Source of the DNA: Candidatus Oxydemutator sp.
GTDB lineage: Bacteria > Pseudomonadota > Gammaproteobacteria > Poriferisulfidales > Oxydemutatoraceae
Reading direction: 5' to 3'
Assembly (NCBI GenBank): GCA_965203445.1
Contig: OZ241883.1
Coordinates: 736,001-800,000 of the forward strand
Length of the DNA stretch: 64,000 nt
A program made the translations under genes and the position numbers. A model generated the notes under the pieces. The model was given only the letters and a program-made list of their open reading frames with translations, made no database searches and was not told the DNA's origin. Numbering within the stretch: position 1 is the first letter of the stretch; the number at the start of each line of letters is the position of its first letter. Positions 42,201 to 50,900 of the stretch are shown here, in pieces.

Positions 42201-43670
42201 CTCTGCCCGTTCCGACGTCCCGTCCTCCTCTATCTTCACCCCGAAAACCGCGCTGTTGGTGTTGACGAGAGTTATCGTCTCTTGCGTCGTCCCGACAAAA
42301 TCAGCCGCCTCGGCGTAGCCGGTGCCGACGCCGACGGTTTCTACCGACCAACTCACCGTCACCGCGGCCCTGCTGCGAAAATCCAGTTCCACCGCGTACG
42401 TCACCGTCGAGCCTTCCGCCGCCAGACCGCCGCTTCGTTGCGACAACGCCATCAGCACCGGCGGCTGCAAGCGCCGCTGGACGCCGATATTCGTGGTGTT
42501 GCCGGCGAGATAACGCGCGCTCACGCCGCGCAACAACGGATAATCAAAACCACTTCCGAAATCCCACGGCGCGTCGTTGCGCTCGCCGTCGCCGTCCAGA
42601 TCCAACCTGTCCCAACCGGCGTAGATGGTGCCCACGGCCGTCGTCGGCGCGCGCAACTCGGCCGACGTCCTCGACGTATGCACGTCATTCGACGGCATGT
42701 TTCGGCCACAGCACGTAGTCTGACCGCTGCGCCCCCGATCATAGTAGCTTGCCTGAACGTCATATTCATCGGCGTCGAGTTCGTTACGCTGCCCCACCAG
42801 GCCACCCCTTCTGTCGCCTCCGCTTCGCACCTCACCTATCGAGTAACTGGCACTCACCACCGAACCTGCAATGGCTTCGCCTATCAGACCACCCGAATTG
42901 TTCATGGCCGCGTGCACTTCCACGTCCGCGTAACTCGCTATTATCACACCACGATTGACACCCGCCAGTGCGCCCGCCGACCAACCACCCGTCACGCCGC
43001 CGCCCGCCACCCAGCACGCCGCCACCCTGCCGTCGTTGCGGCCCACCAACGCACTCGTAAAAACACTGCCGTCCCCCACGCGCACGCGCGCGTTCCTTAC
43101 ACCCACGTTGCGGATCCTGCCGCCGACGCCCACGGCGCCGAACAATGCCGCGTAATCCATGTCTGCCGACGTGTCAATACGCAAATTGCTGATGACGTGG
43201 CCGTTGCCTTCAAAAACGGCGGTGTAATACGCCAACGGAGACCCGCCCCCTATCGGGTCCCAGTCCCTGCCCGACAAGTCCACGTCGTTCAGCAATTCAT
43301 AACCGGTGCAGGTGGTGGGACAACCCATGCCCTGCACGGCGTCGGGGAATGCAGCGACATAAGCGGCCGTGGAGGCATTGGAGGCGTTGCCGTCACCGTT
43401 CAGATCGTGGGTGATGGCCTGCAACTGCGTCGAATTCCGGACATCTATCAGATTGTTGTTATTGAGGTCATAGTCGGTGGTGCCCGTCGGGGTTTGGGCC
43501 GCGGCGCCTGCGGCAAAAACCATCAGCGCCAGGCACGCGGCAATCCTCATTGCCCATACCTTGGTCATACCGGATGTAAGGGGGGGCAACACGCGCATCA
43601 GCAGCAACCACAACCGCTCGTCTGCGACTCTCGCATCGCTTTTGAGTGGGAAGATCATCTCGCGTTGCAC
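27249..43670 (-). CDS. Giant secreted modular protein 1: 11 GLUG/Calx-beta-like modules plus C-terminal Calx-beta and dockerin-like domain; putative adhesin
   Basis: 5473-aa ORF; signal peptide MRIAACLALMVFAAGAAA-Q; 11 repeats starting DYDxDxxNLI; GGLVG repeats; start could be 43670, 43598 or 43550. Confidence 0.85.
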   Translation of the reverse strand: MQREMIFPLKSDARVADERLWLLLMRVLPPLTSGMTKVWAMRIAACLALMVFAAGAAAQTPTGTTDYDLNNNNLIDVRNSTQLQAITHDLNGDGNASNASTAAYVAAFPDAVQGMGCPTTCTGYELLNDVDLSGRDWDPIGGGSPLAYYTAVFEGNGHVISNLRIDTSADMDYAALFGAVGVGGRIRNVGVRNARVRVGDGSVFTSALVGRNDGRVAACWVAGGGVTGGWSAGALAGVNRGVIIASYADVEVHAAMNNSGGLIGEAIAGSVVSASYSIGEVRSGGDRRGGLVGQRNELDADEYDVQASYYDRGRSGQTTCCGRNMPSNDVHTSRTSAELRAPTTAVGTIYAGWDRLDLDGDGERNDAPWDFGSGFDYPLLRGVSARYLAGNTTNIGVQRRLQPPVLMALSQRSGGLAAEGSTVTYAVELDFRSRAAVTVSWSVETVGVGTGYAEAADFVGTTQETITLVNTNSAVFGVKIEEDGTSERAERFRVRLSNLRGPDNVRLRAASSSVISFIEPHGTDYDRDDNNLIDVATTSQLAAIRYDLGGMGLRGVADGDVIDYEDAFPFFDVLDSCPDTCTGYELLNDVDLAGVDWVPIGEESPLSLRYNAVFEGNGHIIRNLHVNDPGNRTGLFRVVGVDGVIRNVGLVDVDVSGRNTGGALVGDNYGKVAASYVVGGTVTLVAPSFGGAAGGLVGGNGGLIVASYVDVAVRVVGNGSLAGGLVYFNSGKVIASYSSGLFAGGDNAGGLVGIQNRVNPGEIENSYFDGTRSTWGNGIRVPATTRRAGRDLRAPTTAVGIYTGWNKLDVDGVDQLGDDDFNDDAPWDFGSGLDYPLLRGVSARYPTGNSTNVGVQRRLQPPVLVALSQRNGGLLTEGSTVTYAVGLDVSDSVASSGVVVAMSWSVEPVGVGDGYAEAADFVAVTRGVITLVNTNSAVFRVGIARDGTTEPRESFRVRLSALQASDRIALSVASSAVVSAIVQNGSDYDHDDNNLIDVATTSQLAAIRHDLGGMGFRGVADGDVAAYDRAFPGFDESGCPGGCKGYELVNDVDLSSVDNWMPIGGGGTSDRYDAVFEGNGHIVRNMKFTQAVGSDRYDGVGLFGALGAGGKIRSVGMENVSVHAPESVGVGALVGIAYGRIAASYAVGGVVTGSWAVGGLVGETRGGSVIAGYSDAAVHGRRQRAGGLIGSAQGVSIVSASYTIGVPTGGGPHRGGLMGYRGSMVEIQSSYFDRDRTGQTSCCGANPPSPDRSPRKFFELRTPTAAVGIYAGWDKLDVDDDGDFNDAPWDFGSSSDYPVLRGVSARYLTGNSTNVAVQRRLRPSVSLVALSQRSGDPIAEGSTVTYAVELGVRSTAAVTVSWSVELVGVGARHAEAADFVGATRGTVTLVDTASAVFGIRIAEDGTSESREAFRVRLSSLQAPDGVRLSAASSAVVSAIASHGTDYDLDNDNLIEVTTRSQLEAIGYDLGGMGLRGVADGDVDDYEAAFPLFDEFETCPGRCEGYELVNDLDLSGGNWDPIGGGGRNQLPGNLLPDENRYHGTFEGHGHVIENMRIVGGSNRWDFVGLFRGLGAASVVRNVGLVDVNVTVDETSIQTGALAGVAYGRIASSYVVRGSVTGGWGVGGLVGALTGAKGRVVASYTNVSVSAATVPPNRAKGGLIGGAGDMSVVSASYSIGRVEETGNQDGGLIGSRGSSVKIQSSYFDRGRTAQIACCGTNVPSPDRSSKTSTELRAPTTAVGTIYAGWDQLDVDGDGDFNDAPWDFGSSLDYPVLRGVSARYPTGNSTNVGVQRRLQPPVLVTLSQRGDDPIAEGSTVTYAVELDFRSRAAVTVSWSVELVGVGARHAEAADFSGATRGTITLVNTDSAVFSIRVTEDGTPERREMFRVRVSNLQGPDNVHLSAASSAVVSVIRSHGTDYDLDNDNLIEVTTRSQLEAIGYDLGGMGLRGVADGDVDDYEAAFPLFDEFETCPGRCKGYELSNDLDLSGEDWVPIGGGGRNQLPGNLLPDENRYNGTFEGNGYVIENMRIVGGSNRWDFVGLFRGLGAASVVRNVGLVDVNVEVPASSVQTGALAGVAYGRIASSYVVRGSVTGSWGVGGLVGALTGAKGRVVASYTNVSVSAATVPPNRAKGGLIGGAGDMSVVSASYSIGRVEETGNQDGGLIGSRGSSVKIQSSYFDRGRTAQIACCGTNVPSPDRSSKTSTELRAPTTAVGTIYAGWDQLDVDGDGDFNDAPWDFGSSLDYPVLRGVSARYPTGNSTNVGVQRRLQPPVLVTLSQRGDDPIAEGSTVTYAVELDGVVGIATMSWLVETVGVGPVYAEAADFSGATRGTITLVNTDSAVFSIRVTEDGASERREMFRVRLSELQAPDNVRLSAASSAVVSVIRSHGTDYDLDNDNLIEVTTRSQLEAIGYDLGGMGLRGVADGDMVAYDEAFPFFDESGCPGGCKGYELVNDLDLSGGNWDPIGGGGRNRLPGDLLPDENRYHGTFEGNGHVIENMRIVGGSNRWDFVGLFRGLGAASVVRNVGLVDVNVTVDETSIQTGALAGVAYGRIASSYVVRGSVTGGWGVGGLVGALTGAKGRVVASYTNVSVSAATVPPNRAKGGLIGGAGDMSVVSASYSIGRVEETGNQDGGLIGSRGSSVKIQSSYFDRGRTAQIACCGTNVPSPDRSSKTSTELRAPTTAVGTIYAGWDQLDVDGDGDFNDAPWDFGSSSDYPVLRGVSARYPTGNSTNVGVQRRLQPPVLVVLSQRGDDPIAEGSTVTYAVELDFRSRAAVTVSWSVELVGVGARHAEAADFSGATRGTITLVNTDSAVFSIRVTEDGASERRESYRVRVSNLQGPDNVRLSAASSAVVSAIASHGTDYDLDNDNLIEVTTRSQLEAIGYDLGGMGLRGVADGDDAAAYEEAFPGFEENGCPGGCKGYELSNDLDLSGEDWVPIGGGGRNQLPGDLLPDENRYNGTFEGHGYVIENMRIVGGSNRWDFVGLFRGLGAASVVRNVGLVDVSVTVDETSIQTGALAGVASGRIASSYVVGGEVHGGWGIGGLVGTLDGSGIIIASYADVLVDSLNRPLGGLAGRLSDMSIVSASYTVAMLRRSGSEVGGLAGARATSAEIQASYFDRVRARLSSCCGTNVPSPDRSSKTSTELRAPTTAVGTIYAGWDQLDLDGDGDFNDAPWDFGSSSDYPVLRGVSARYPTGNSTNVGVQRRLQPPVLVTLSQRGDDPIAEGSTVTYAVELDFRSRAAVTVSWSVELVGVGARHAEAADFSGATRGTITLVNTDSAVFSIRVTEDGTPERREMFRVRLSELQAPDNVRLSAASSAVVSVIRSHGTDYDLDNDNLIEVTTRSQLEAIGYDLGGMGLRGVADGDMVAYDEAFPFFDESGCPGGCKGYELVNDLDLSGGNWDPIGGGGRNQLPGNLLPDENRYHGTFEGHGHVIENMRIVGGSNRWDFVGLFRGLGAASVVRNVGLVDVNVTVDETSIQTGALAGVAYGRIASSYVVRGSVTGGWGVGGLVGALTGAKGRVVASYTNVSVSAATVPPNRAKGGLIGGAGDMSVVSASYSIGRVEETGNQDGGLIGSRGSSVKIQSSYFDRGRTAQIACCGTNVPSPDRSSKTSTELRAPTTAVGTIYAGWDQLDLDGDGDFNDAPWDFGSSSDYPVLRGVSARYPTGNSTNVGVQRRLQPPVLVVLSQRGDDPIAEGSTVTYAVELDFRSRAAVTVSWSVELVGVGARHAEAADFVGATRGTVTLVDTASAVFGIRIAEDGTSESREAFRVRLSSLQAPDGVRLSAADSAVVSAIASHGTDYDLDNDNLIEVTTRSQLEAIGYDLGGMGLRGVADGDVDDYEAAFPLFDEFETCPGRCKGYELLNDLDLSGGNWDPIGGGGRNQLPGNLLPDENRYHGTFEGNGHVIENMRIVGGSNRWDFVGLFRGLGAASVVRNVGLVDVNVTVDETSIQTGALAGVAYGRIASSYVVRGSVTGGWGVGGLVGALTGAKGRVVASYTNVSVSAATVPPNRAKGGLIGGAGDMSVVSASYSIGRVEETGNQDGGLIGSRGSSVKIQSSYFDRGRTAQIACCGTNVPSPDRSSKTSTELRAPTTAVGTIYAGWDQLDVDGDGDFNDAPWDFGSSSDYPVLRGVSARYPTGNSTNVGVQRRLQPPVLVTLSQRGDDPIAEGSTVTYAVELDFRSRAAVTVSWSVELVGVGARHAEAADFSGATRGTITLVNTDSAVFSIRVTEDGASERRESYRVRVSNLQGPDNVRLSAASSAVVSVIRSHGNDYDPDDNNLIDVMTTTQLKAIRYDLGGMGLRGVADGDMVAYEEAFPFFDESGCPGGCKGYELVNDLDLSGDDWIPIGGGSPLAYYTAVFEGNGHVISNLRIDTSADLDYAALFGAVGVGGRIRNVGVRNARVRVGDGSVFTSALVGRNDGRVAACWVAGGGVTGGWSAGALAGVNRGVVIGSYADVEVHAAMNNSGGLIGEAIAGSVVSASYSIGRVQSGGARRGGLVGQRNQTDADEYDVQASYYNRERSGQSSCCGRNMPSNDAHTSRTVVQLRAPTTAVGTIYAGWDQLDVDGVDQSNDGDLNDDAPWDFGSGLDYPMLRGVSARYPTGNTAGIGVQRRLQPPVLLTLSQRGADLVTEGQDVEYIVELDVPSVSQLVMSWSVELTGAGDGHAEALDFDGDRDGLLFLTNTNSVVFRVGIADDGTSERRETFRVRVSGFLTSSALRRRLNVASSAVVSVIAPNGKDYDPDGNNLINVATTSQLAAIRYDLGGAGLRGVADGDVVAYDEAFPFFDEAETCAGGCKGYELSNDVDLSSVRNWTPLGGGRPIKYYTAVFEGNGHVVSNLRIQSSLRLDNAGLFGAVSSAGTIRNVGLWDVNVEVGGGSMHTGALVGRNEGKVAACYVTGGSVKGVFAAGGLAGANHGTVLASYAAVRVHADALRSGGLIGRAAIGSVVSASYSIGRVTGGAHGASIYRGGLVGGRDEADAAEYDVQASYFDHARSGQTSCCGENEPSPDRSSRTSTELRAPTAAAGIYAGWDQLDVDGVASTAMGVVTLNDDAPWDFGSRFDYPALRGVSIRYPGGNTTSIRVQRQRQPSVPVVMLATPAYIRTTESDVELRFEVALSPATTVIGEDVTIHYQVSGTATAGADYRDEDGGMVVMAAGTTRAVIRLRLLDDYVIEPEEELVLRLLRTRGDSVAVATTRFSTVVTIANDDRLVVVDARVYLQGAYGGSRGMSTGLIDVLPRRQPYNVAPWNYPAATTVPHVGEGSGLSGVTSTIVDWVLVEVRTGATADAALASAPTTGGRAAGLLLRDGRIAGINEEAATAADALFLDGVRFETELLEGGQVYVLVHHRNHLSVISANALAPGGEGCTAGYCVDFRFAQSHGDGQAEVGQGTYAMFAGDVDRNGVIDERDEVLIRVHNLRSLGAGAYRDPDAAGNYAVDADLDFDGEVLSADRCFVLAPGNQGRCRTFSAP
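30855..39345 (-). repeat. Six near-identical tandem ~1.41-1.42 kb module copies inside giant gene 1
   Basis: Identical or near-identical shadow ORFs recur at 31511, 32930, 35750, 37163 and 38582; boundaries approximate. Confidence 0.9.
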
Positions 43671-43745
43671 CTGATGAAACTATGGCATATGTGGCCTTCC
43701 CGTAACATTACCACAAGTTGTCCAGCGGATGGCCAACGATAAAAA

Positions 43746-43787
43746 CCCCTCACCCTCCTTCTTTCCCCCTCTCCCGGAGGGAGAGGG
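43746..43787. repeat. BoxC-like pyrimidine/purine palindromic element
   Basis: CCCCTCACCC...CCCTCTCCC-GGA-GGGAGAGGG hairpin (43767-43787). Confidence 0.5.
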
Positions 43788-43875
43788 TTTGATCGGGGCC
43801 TGCGGCCATTCTTCCTTCATAGGAGAGAGTGGCCCTATATAATATGTGCTTCGATGCACACGCTACTATTGACCG

Positions 43876-44837
43876 ATGCGCGTCCTGGGCCTTGAGACCT
43901 CGTGCGACGAGACCGGCGTCGGGCTGGTGGACTCCGACGCAGGCGTCGTCGCCGAGGCGCTCTTCAGTCAGATCGAGACGCACCGACCGCACGGCGGCGT
44001 CGTGCCGGAGTTGGCGGCGCGCGACCACGTGCATAAGCTGCTGCCGCTGGTGCGCGAGGTGCTCGGCGACGACCTGCTGCGGCGTGTGGACGCGGTGGCC
44101 TACACCGCCGGCCCCGGCCTTGCCGGCGCGCTGCTGACTGGCGCCGTATTCGGACACGGCCTGGCGTGGGCGCTGGGCAAGCCGGCGCTCGGCGTGCACC
44201 ACATGGAGGCGCACATGCTCGCGTGCATGCTGCCGCAGGCGCCGCCGCTGCCGTACCTCGCGCTGCTGGTGTCGGGCGGTCACACCCAGCTGGTCGCGGC
44301 CCACGGGCTGGGCCGCTACGAACTGCTCGGAGACACCTTGGACGATGCGGTCGGCGAGGCCTTCGACAAGTCGCGCGCACCTTGGGCCTGGGTTATCCCG
44401 GCGGCCCGGAGATAGAGCGGCTGGCGCGGCGCGGGCGCGCCGGGCGTTTTGTGTTCCCGCGTCCGATGGCAAACCATCCGGGCCTCGATTTCAGTTTCAG
44501 CGGCCTGAAGACACACGCGCTGCACACCCTGCGCGGACTGCAACGCGACAACGACGACGGCGGCGACGGGCAAGACCGCGCCGACCTGGCGCGCGCCTTC
44601 GAGACCGCGGCCGTCGGCACGCTGGTGCAGCGCTGCCGGCGCGCGCTCGAACAAACCGGCTTCAGCCGCCTGGTCGCCGTCGGCGGCGTCGCCGCCAACG
44701 AACACCTACGCACCGAACTCGCCAAGTTCGACGCGCGCGGCACCGAAGTGATCTATCCAAAGACGAAGTGGTGCACCGACAACGGCGTCATGATCGCCAA
44801 CGCCGGAATGCTGCGCCTGCAAGTCAAGGGGGGTTGA
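43876..44837 (+). pseudogene. tsaD: tRNA t6A threonylcarbamoyltransferase TsaD with a 1-nt frameshift near 44370 (real lesion or sequencing error)
   Basis: [48 protein letters not shown] in one frame; [35 protein letters not shown] in another. Confidence 0.9.
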
Positions 44838-44867
44838 TCAGGGAGGGGAGACGTGCTTCAGGGGCGC

Positions 44868-44939
44868 GGCGCGCAACCCTCGGCACTGCTCATCTCCTGC
44901 GGCCGCCGCGAAAAAGGCACCGGGGCAACCTCGGCAATG
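44868..44939 (+). pseudogene. pyrE: pyrE relic, copy 2
   Basis: GAQPSALLISCGRREKGTGATSAM. Confidence 0.55.
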
Positions 44940-44951
44940 CCGACCCGTTGC

Positions 44952-47900
44952 CTACGGCGCCGAAAACGTCCTGCACCGACCCTGGGTCCCCGGCGCGAGC
45001 ACGAAACACCGATCAGCGGACAACACCTCGCCGTCGAAGTCCAAATCCGCGTCCACCGCGTAATTGCCGGCCGCGTCCGGGTCGCGGTACGCGCCCGCGC
45101 CCAACGACGTCAACGACCTCAGGTTGTGCACGCGGATCAATACCTCGTCCCGCTCGTCTATCACGCCGTTGCGATCCACGTCGCCCGCGAACATCGCATA
45201 CGTACCTTGCCCGACTTCGGCCTGCCCGTCCCCGTGCGACTGCGCGAACCGGAAGTCCACGCAGTAGCCGGCGTTACATCCCTCGCCGCCGGGCGCCAAT
45301 GCATTCGCGGATATTACCGACAGGTGGTTGCGGTGGTGCACCGACACGTACACCTGCCCGCCTTCGAGCAGTTCCGTCTCAAAACGCACACCGTCCAGGA
45401 ACAGCGCGTCCGCCGCCGTCGCCGCCTCCTCGTTGATCCCTGCGATACGACCGTCGCGCAACAGCAGGCCCGCGGCGCGCCCGCCCGGCGTCGGTGCCGA
45501 TGCCAACGCCGCGTCCGCGGTCGCGCCGGTGCGCAGCTCCACCAACACCCAGTCCACTATCGTCGAAGTTACGCCGCTCAATCCAGACCCCTCCCCCACG
45601 TGCGGCACCGTCGTCGCCGCCGAGTAGTTCCACGGAGCCACGTTATAGGGCTGTCGCCTCGGCAAAACGTCTATCAATCCGGTGCTCATGCCACGCGAAC
45701 CCCCATACGCACCCTGCAAATACACGCGCGCATTCACCACCACCACCAACCTGTCATCGTTGGCTATCGTTACGACCGTCGAAAACCGGGTCGTAGCAAC
45801 CGCAACGTTGTCGCCCTGCACACGCAACAGTCGCAACACCAGCTCCTCCTCCGGTTCTATCGCATCGTCATCCAACAGGCGCAATCGTATCACCGCCCTC
45901 GTCGTGCCCGCGGCCATCACCACCATGCCACGCCCCTCGTCTCTATAATCGGCACCCGCCGTCGCCGTGCCGCTTACCTGATAATGGATGGTTACGCTCC
46001 CGCTGATAACCGTAGTGGCAGGCGACAAAGCCACCTCGAACCGAAGCTCCACGTCGCTCTCCGTCGTGCGTATATGGGCCGGCGTCGCCAGCATCACCAC
46101 CGGTAGCAACGGCTGCCTCTGGCGCTGCACGCGGATACTCGTGGTGTTGCCGCCGGGATAACGCGCGCTTACGCCGCGCAGCACCGGATAATCCAGCCTG
46201 CTCCCGAAATCCCACGGCGCGTCGTCATTCAACGTCACGACACCCATGGCCGTGCTCGCCACGCCGTCCACGTCCAACTGGTTCCAACCGGCGTAGATGC
46301 CCACGGCCGCCGTCGGCGCGCGCAACTCGATGGACGTCCTGGACGACCGATCCGGCGACGGCTCGTTCTCGCCACAACACGAACTCTGCCCGCTGCGCGC
46401 GCGGTCAAAGTAACTCGCCTGAACGTCGTATTCGGCCGCGTCGGCTTCATCACGCCCCCCCACCAAGCCGCCCCGGTAGGTGCTTGCGCCGTGCGCTCCC
46501 CCCGTCACCCTGCCTATCGAGTAACTGGCGCTCACCACCGAACCTGCGGCGGCCCGGCCTATCAGACCACCCGAACGGAGCCCATCCGCGTGCACTCCCA
46601 CGGCCGCGTAACTCGCCAATACCGCGCCATAATTGGCACCCGCCAGACCGCCCGCCGCAAAAACACCCTCTACGCTGCCGCCTGTCACGTAACACGCCGC
46701 CACCTTGCCTTCGTTACGACCCACCAACGCCCCCGTATGCATACTGCCGCCACCCACCTCCACGTTCACGTCCCGCAAGCCTACGTTGCGGATCGTGCCG
46801 ACGCCGCTTACGGCCCCGAACAAGCCCGCGTTATCCAACCGCAGCGACGACTGGATACGCAAGTTGCTTACGACGTGGCCGTTGCCTTCAAAAACGGCGG
46901 TGTAATACTTTATCGGACGCCCACCCCCCAACGGCGTCCAGTTCCCCACGCTCGACAAGTCCACGTCGTTCGACAACTCGTAGCCTTTGCAACCGCCCGC
47001 ACAAGTCTCGGCCTCGTCAAAAAACGGAAAGGCCTCGTCGTAGGCAACCACGTCTCCATCAGCCACGCCACGCAAACCCGCGCCGCCCAAGTCATAGCGG
47101 ATCGCCGCCAACTGCGACGTCGTCGCAACGTTTATCAGATTGTTGCCGTCGGGATCGTAATCCTTCCCGTTCGGGGCGATGACGCTGACGACCGCGGAAC
47201 TGGCGACGTTCAAGCGCCGGCGCAACGCGCTCGACGCCACAAATCCGCTCACTTTCACTCGGAACGTCTCTCTCCTCTCCGGCGTCCCGTCATCCGCTAT
47301 ACTCACCTGGAAAACCGCGCTCCTGGTATTGGTCAGGAACAGAAATCCATCCCTGTCCCCGTCAAAATCCAACGCCTCGGCGTGGCCTTCGCCGGCACCG
47401 GTGTACTCCACGGACCAATTCATCACCAACTGGATGACGCTGGGAACGTCCAACTCTACGATGTACTCCACGTCCTGCCCCTCCGTTACCAGGTCGGCGC
47501 CCCGCTGCGACAACGTCAGCGACACCGGCGGCTGCAAGCGCCGTTGCACGCCGACACTCGTGGTGTTGCCGGTGGGATAACGCGCGCTCACGCCGCGCAA
47601 TACCGGATAATCCAAACCACTCCCGAAATCCCACGGCGCGTCGTCATTCAACGTCACGGCACCCATGGCCGTGCTCGCCACGCCGTCCACGTCCAACTGG
47701 TCCCAACCGGCGTAGATGCCCACGGCCGCCGTCGGCGCGCGCAACTCGATGGACGTCCTGGACGACCGATCCGGCGACGGCTCGTTCTCGCCACAACACG
47801 AACTCTGCCCGCTGCGCGCGCGGTCAAAGTAGCTCGCCTGAACGTCGTATTCGGCCGCGTCGGCTTCATCACGCCCCCCCACCAGACCGCCCCGGTAGGT

Positions 47901-50900
47901 GCTTCCTCCACGTGCTCCCCCTGTCACCCTGCCTATCGAGTAACTGGCGCTCACCACCGAACCTGCGGCGGCCCGGCCTATCAGACCACCCGAGCGGAGC
48001 CCATCCGCGTGCACTCCCACGGCCGCGTAACTCGCCAATACCGTGCCATGATTGGCACCCGCCAGACCGCCCGTCGCGGAAACACCCTTTACGCTGCCGC
48101 CTGTCACGTAGCACGCCGCCACTTTGCCTTCGTTACGACCCACCAACGCCCCCGTATGCATACTGCCGCCACCCACCTCCACGTTCACGTCCCGCAAGCC
48201 CATGTTGCGGATCGTGCCGACGCCGCTTACGGCCCCGAACAAGCCCGCGTTATCCAACCGTAGCGACGACTGGATACGCAAGTTGCTTACGACGTGGCCG
48301 TTGCCTTCAAAAACGGCGGTGTAATACCTTATCGGATTCCCGCCCCCTAACGGCGTCCAGTTCCCCACGCTCGACAAGTCCACGTCGTTCGACAACTCGT
48401 AGCCTTTGCAACCGCCCGCGCAAGTCTTGACCTTGTCAAAAAACGGAAAGGCCTCGTCGTAGGCAACCACGTCTCCATCAGCCACGCCGCGCAAACCCGC
48501 GCCGCCCAAGTCATAGCGGATCGCCGCCAACTGCGACGTCGTCGCAACGTTTATCAGATTGTTGCCGTCGGGATCGTAATCCCTCCCGTTCGGGGCGATG
48601 ACGCTGACAACCGCGGAACCGGCGGGGTTCAAACGCACGTTGTCCGGGCCTTGCAAATCGCTTACCCTCACTCGAAACGTCTCTCTCCTCTCCGGCGTCT
48701 CGTCCTCCTTTATCCCCACCTGGAAAACCGCGCTGGCGGTGTCGACCAGAACCACCTGCCCGCTCGTCGCACCGTCAAAATCCAACGCCTCGGCGTGGCC
48801 TTCGCCTACGCCGGTCAACTCCACCGACCAATTCATCGTCACCGCGCCGGCGCCGCGAGTGCTCAAGGTCACCGCGTACTCCGCCTCCTCACCCTCCGAT
48901 TTTCTTCCGGCGCCCTGCGACAACGTCACAAATACACCGGCCGCCAGCCGCTGCGCTCGGATGCCGGTGGTGTTGCCGTCGGGGTAACGCTCGCTTACGC
49001 CACGCAACACCGGATAATCCAGATTCGTACCGAAATCCCACGGGTTGTCGTCGTTCAACGTCAAAACCCCCATCACCGTGCCCGTCGTGTCGTCCACGTT
49101 CAGACCGCTCCAGGCGGCATAAATGCCCTCGGCCGCGACCGGCGAACGCAACTCCCGGCTCGTCCTGACCGCCGTCGCCGACACGTTCGTACCGCCCGAT
49201 GATAAGCCGCCGCTATCTCTGTCATAGTAACTGGCCTCTATCGCGGTCGACGCGGCATCGTTTTGGCCCACCAAACCGCCATCGTTACGCGTCGCATGGG
49301 GCCAGACAACACGCGCCAGCCCTACGATTCCTAATGAATAACTCGCTATGATCTTCCCGCCGGGAGCGTTATAACCCACCAGACCACCGGTAGGGGATGC
49401 AGCCCCCCTGACGTACGCGTTGGCGTAACTGGCAATGATCGTCCCCTCATTGCCACCCACCAGACCACCCACGGTCCAACTGCCGATCACGTCTCCCTGA
49501 TCATCTTCGCCCACCACGTAACACGCCGCCACTTTGCCGCCGTAGTTGACCCCCGCCAACCCGCCCGTTGATATGCTGTTCATGTGCACGGCCACTTTCG
49601 CGCCCATCAGGCCCACGTTGCGAATGACACCGCTTGCGCCCAAGCCCCGGAACAAGCCCACAAAGTGCCAGACAACGTTCGGCGCGTTCACTTCCATGTT
49701 GCTGATAACGTGGCCGTTGCCTTCGAACACCGCTTTGTAAAGGTACTTCTCAGGCAGCCGGCCATCCACCCGGGGATCGAGCCCCCCGCCCCCTATCGGT
49801 TGCCAGGCCAAGCCCGACAAGTCCACGTCGTTCAGCAACTCGTAGCCCTTGCAGCCGCCCGCACACGCCCCGATCTCGTCAAAAAACGGAAATGCGCCTT
49901 CGTAAGCGGCTACAGCGGCCACGTCTTCGCCATCCACGCCGCCCAGACCCATACCTCTCAAATCATAGCGGATCGCCGACAACTGCGACGTCGTCATAAC
50001 GTCTATCAGACCGTTGTCGTCGGCGTCGTAATTTTTGCCATGCGAGGCGATGACGCTGACAACCGCGGAACTGGCGACGTTCAAGCGCTGGCGCAACGCG
50101 CCCGACGTCAAAAATCTGCTCACTCTCACTCGAAACGTCTCTCTCAACTCCGGCCTCACGTCATCCGCTATCCGTACCTGGAAAACCGCACTGCTGGTAT
50201 TGGTGAGGACCAGCACCCCATCCCTGTCCCCGTCAAAATCCGACGCCTCGGCGTGGCCGTCGCCGGCACCGGTGTACTCCACGGACCAATTCATCACCAA
50301 CTGGCTGACGCGACCATCCAATTCCACCGTGTATTCCACCACCTGCCCCTCCGTCAACAAGTCAGCGCCCCGCTGCGACAACGTCAGCAACACCTGCGGC
50401 TGCAAGCGCCGTTGCACGCCGATACCGGCGGCGTTGCCGCCGGGAAAACGCGCGCTCACGCCGCGCAGTACCGGATAATCAAAACCACTCCCAAAATCCC
50501 ACGGCGCGTCGTCGTTCAAATCATCGTCATCAAGCTGATCCACGCCGTCCACGTCCAATTTGTCCCAACCGGCGTATATGCCCACCGCCGACGTCGGGGC
50601 GCGCAACTGTAAGGACGTCCTCGACGTCTGCGCGTCCGACGACGGCGGCGTCTGGCCGCCACAGCACGATGTCTGCCCGCTGCGCCCGCGGTCGTAGTAG
50701 CTTGCCTGAACGTCGTATTTGTCGGCATCGCTTTCATTGCGCCTTCCCAACAAGCCGCCCCTTACGGTGCTTCCGCCATAGCGACCCCCGGACACCATGC
50801 CGACGGAGTAACTGGCGCTCACCACCGAACCTGCAATGGCTTCGCCTATCAGACCACCCGCCGTGTGGGCGTCCGCATGTACCCCCACGTCCGCGTAACT

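Noticed and set aside
44360-44380. Programmed ribosomal frameshift in tsaD
   Set aside because: No slippery heptamer at the shift site; simple loss of one G explains it
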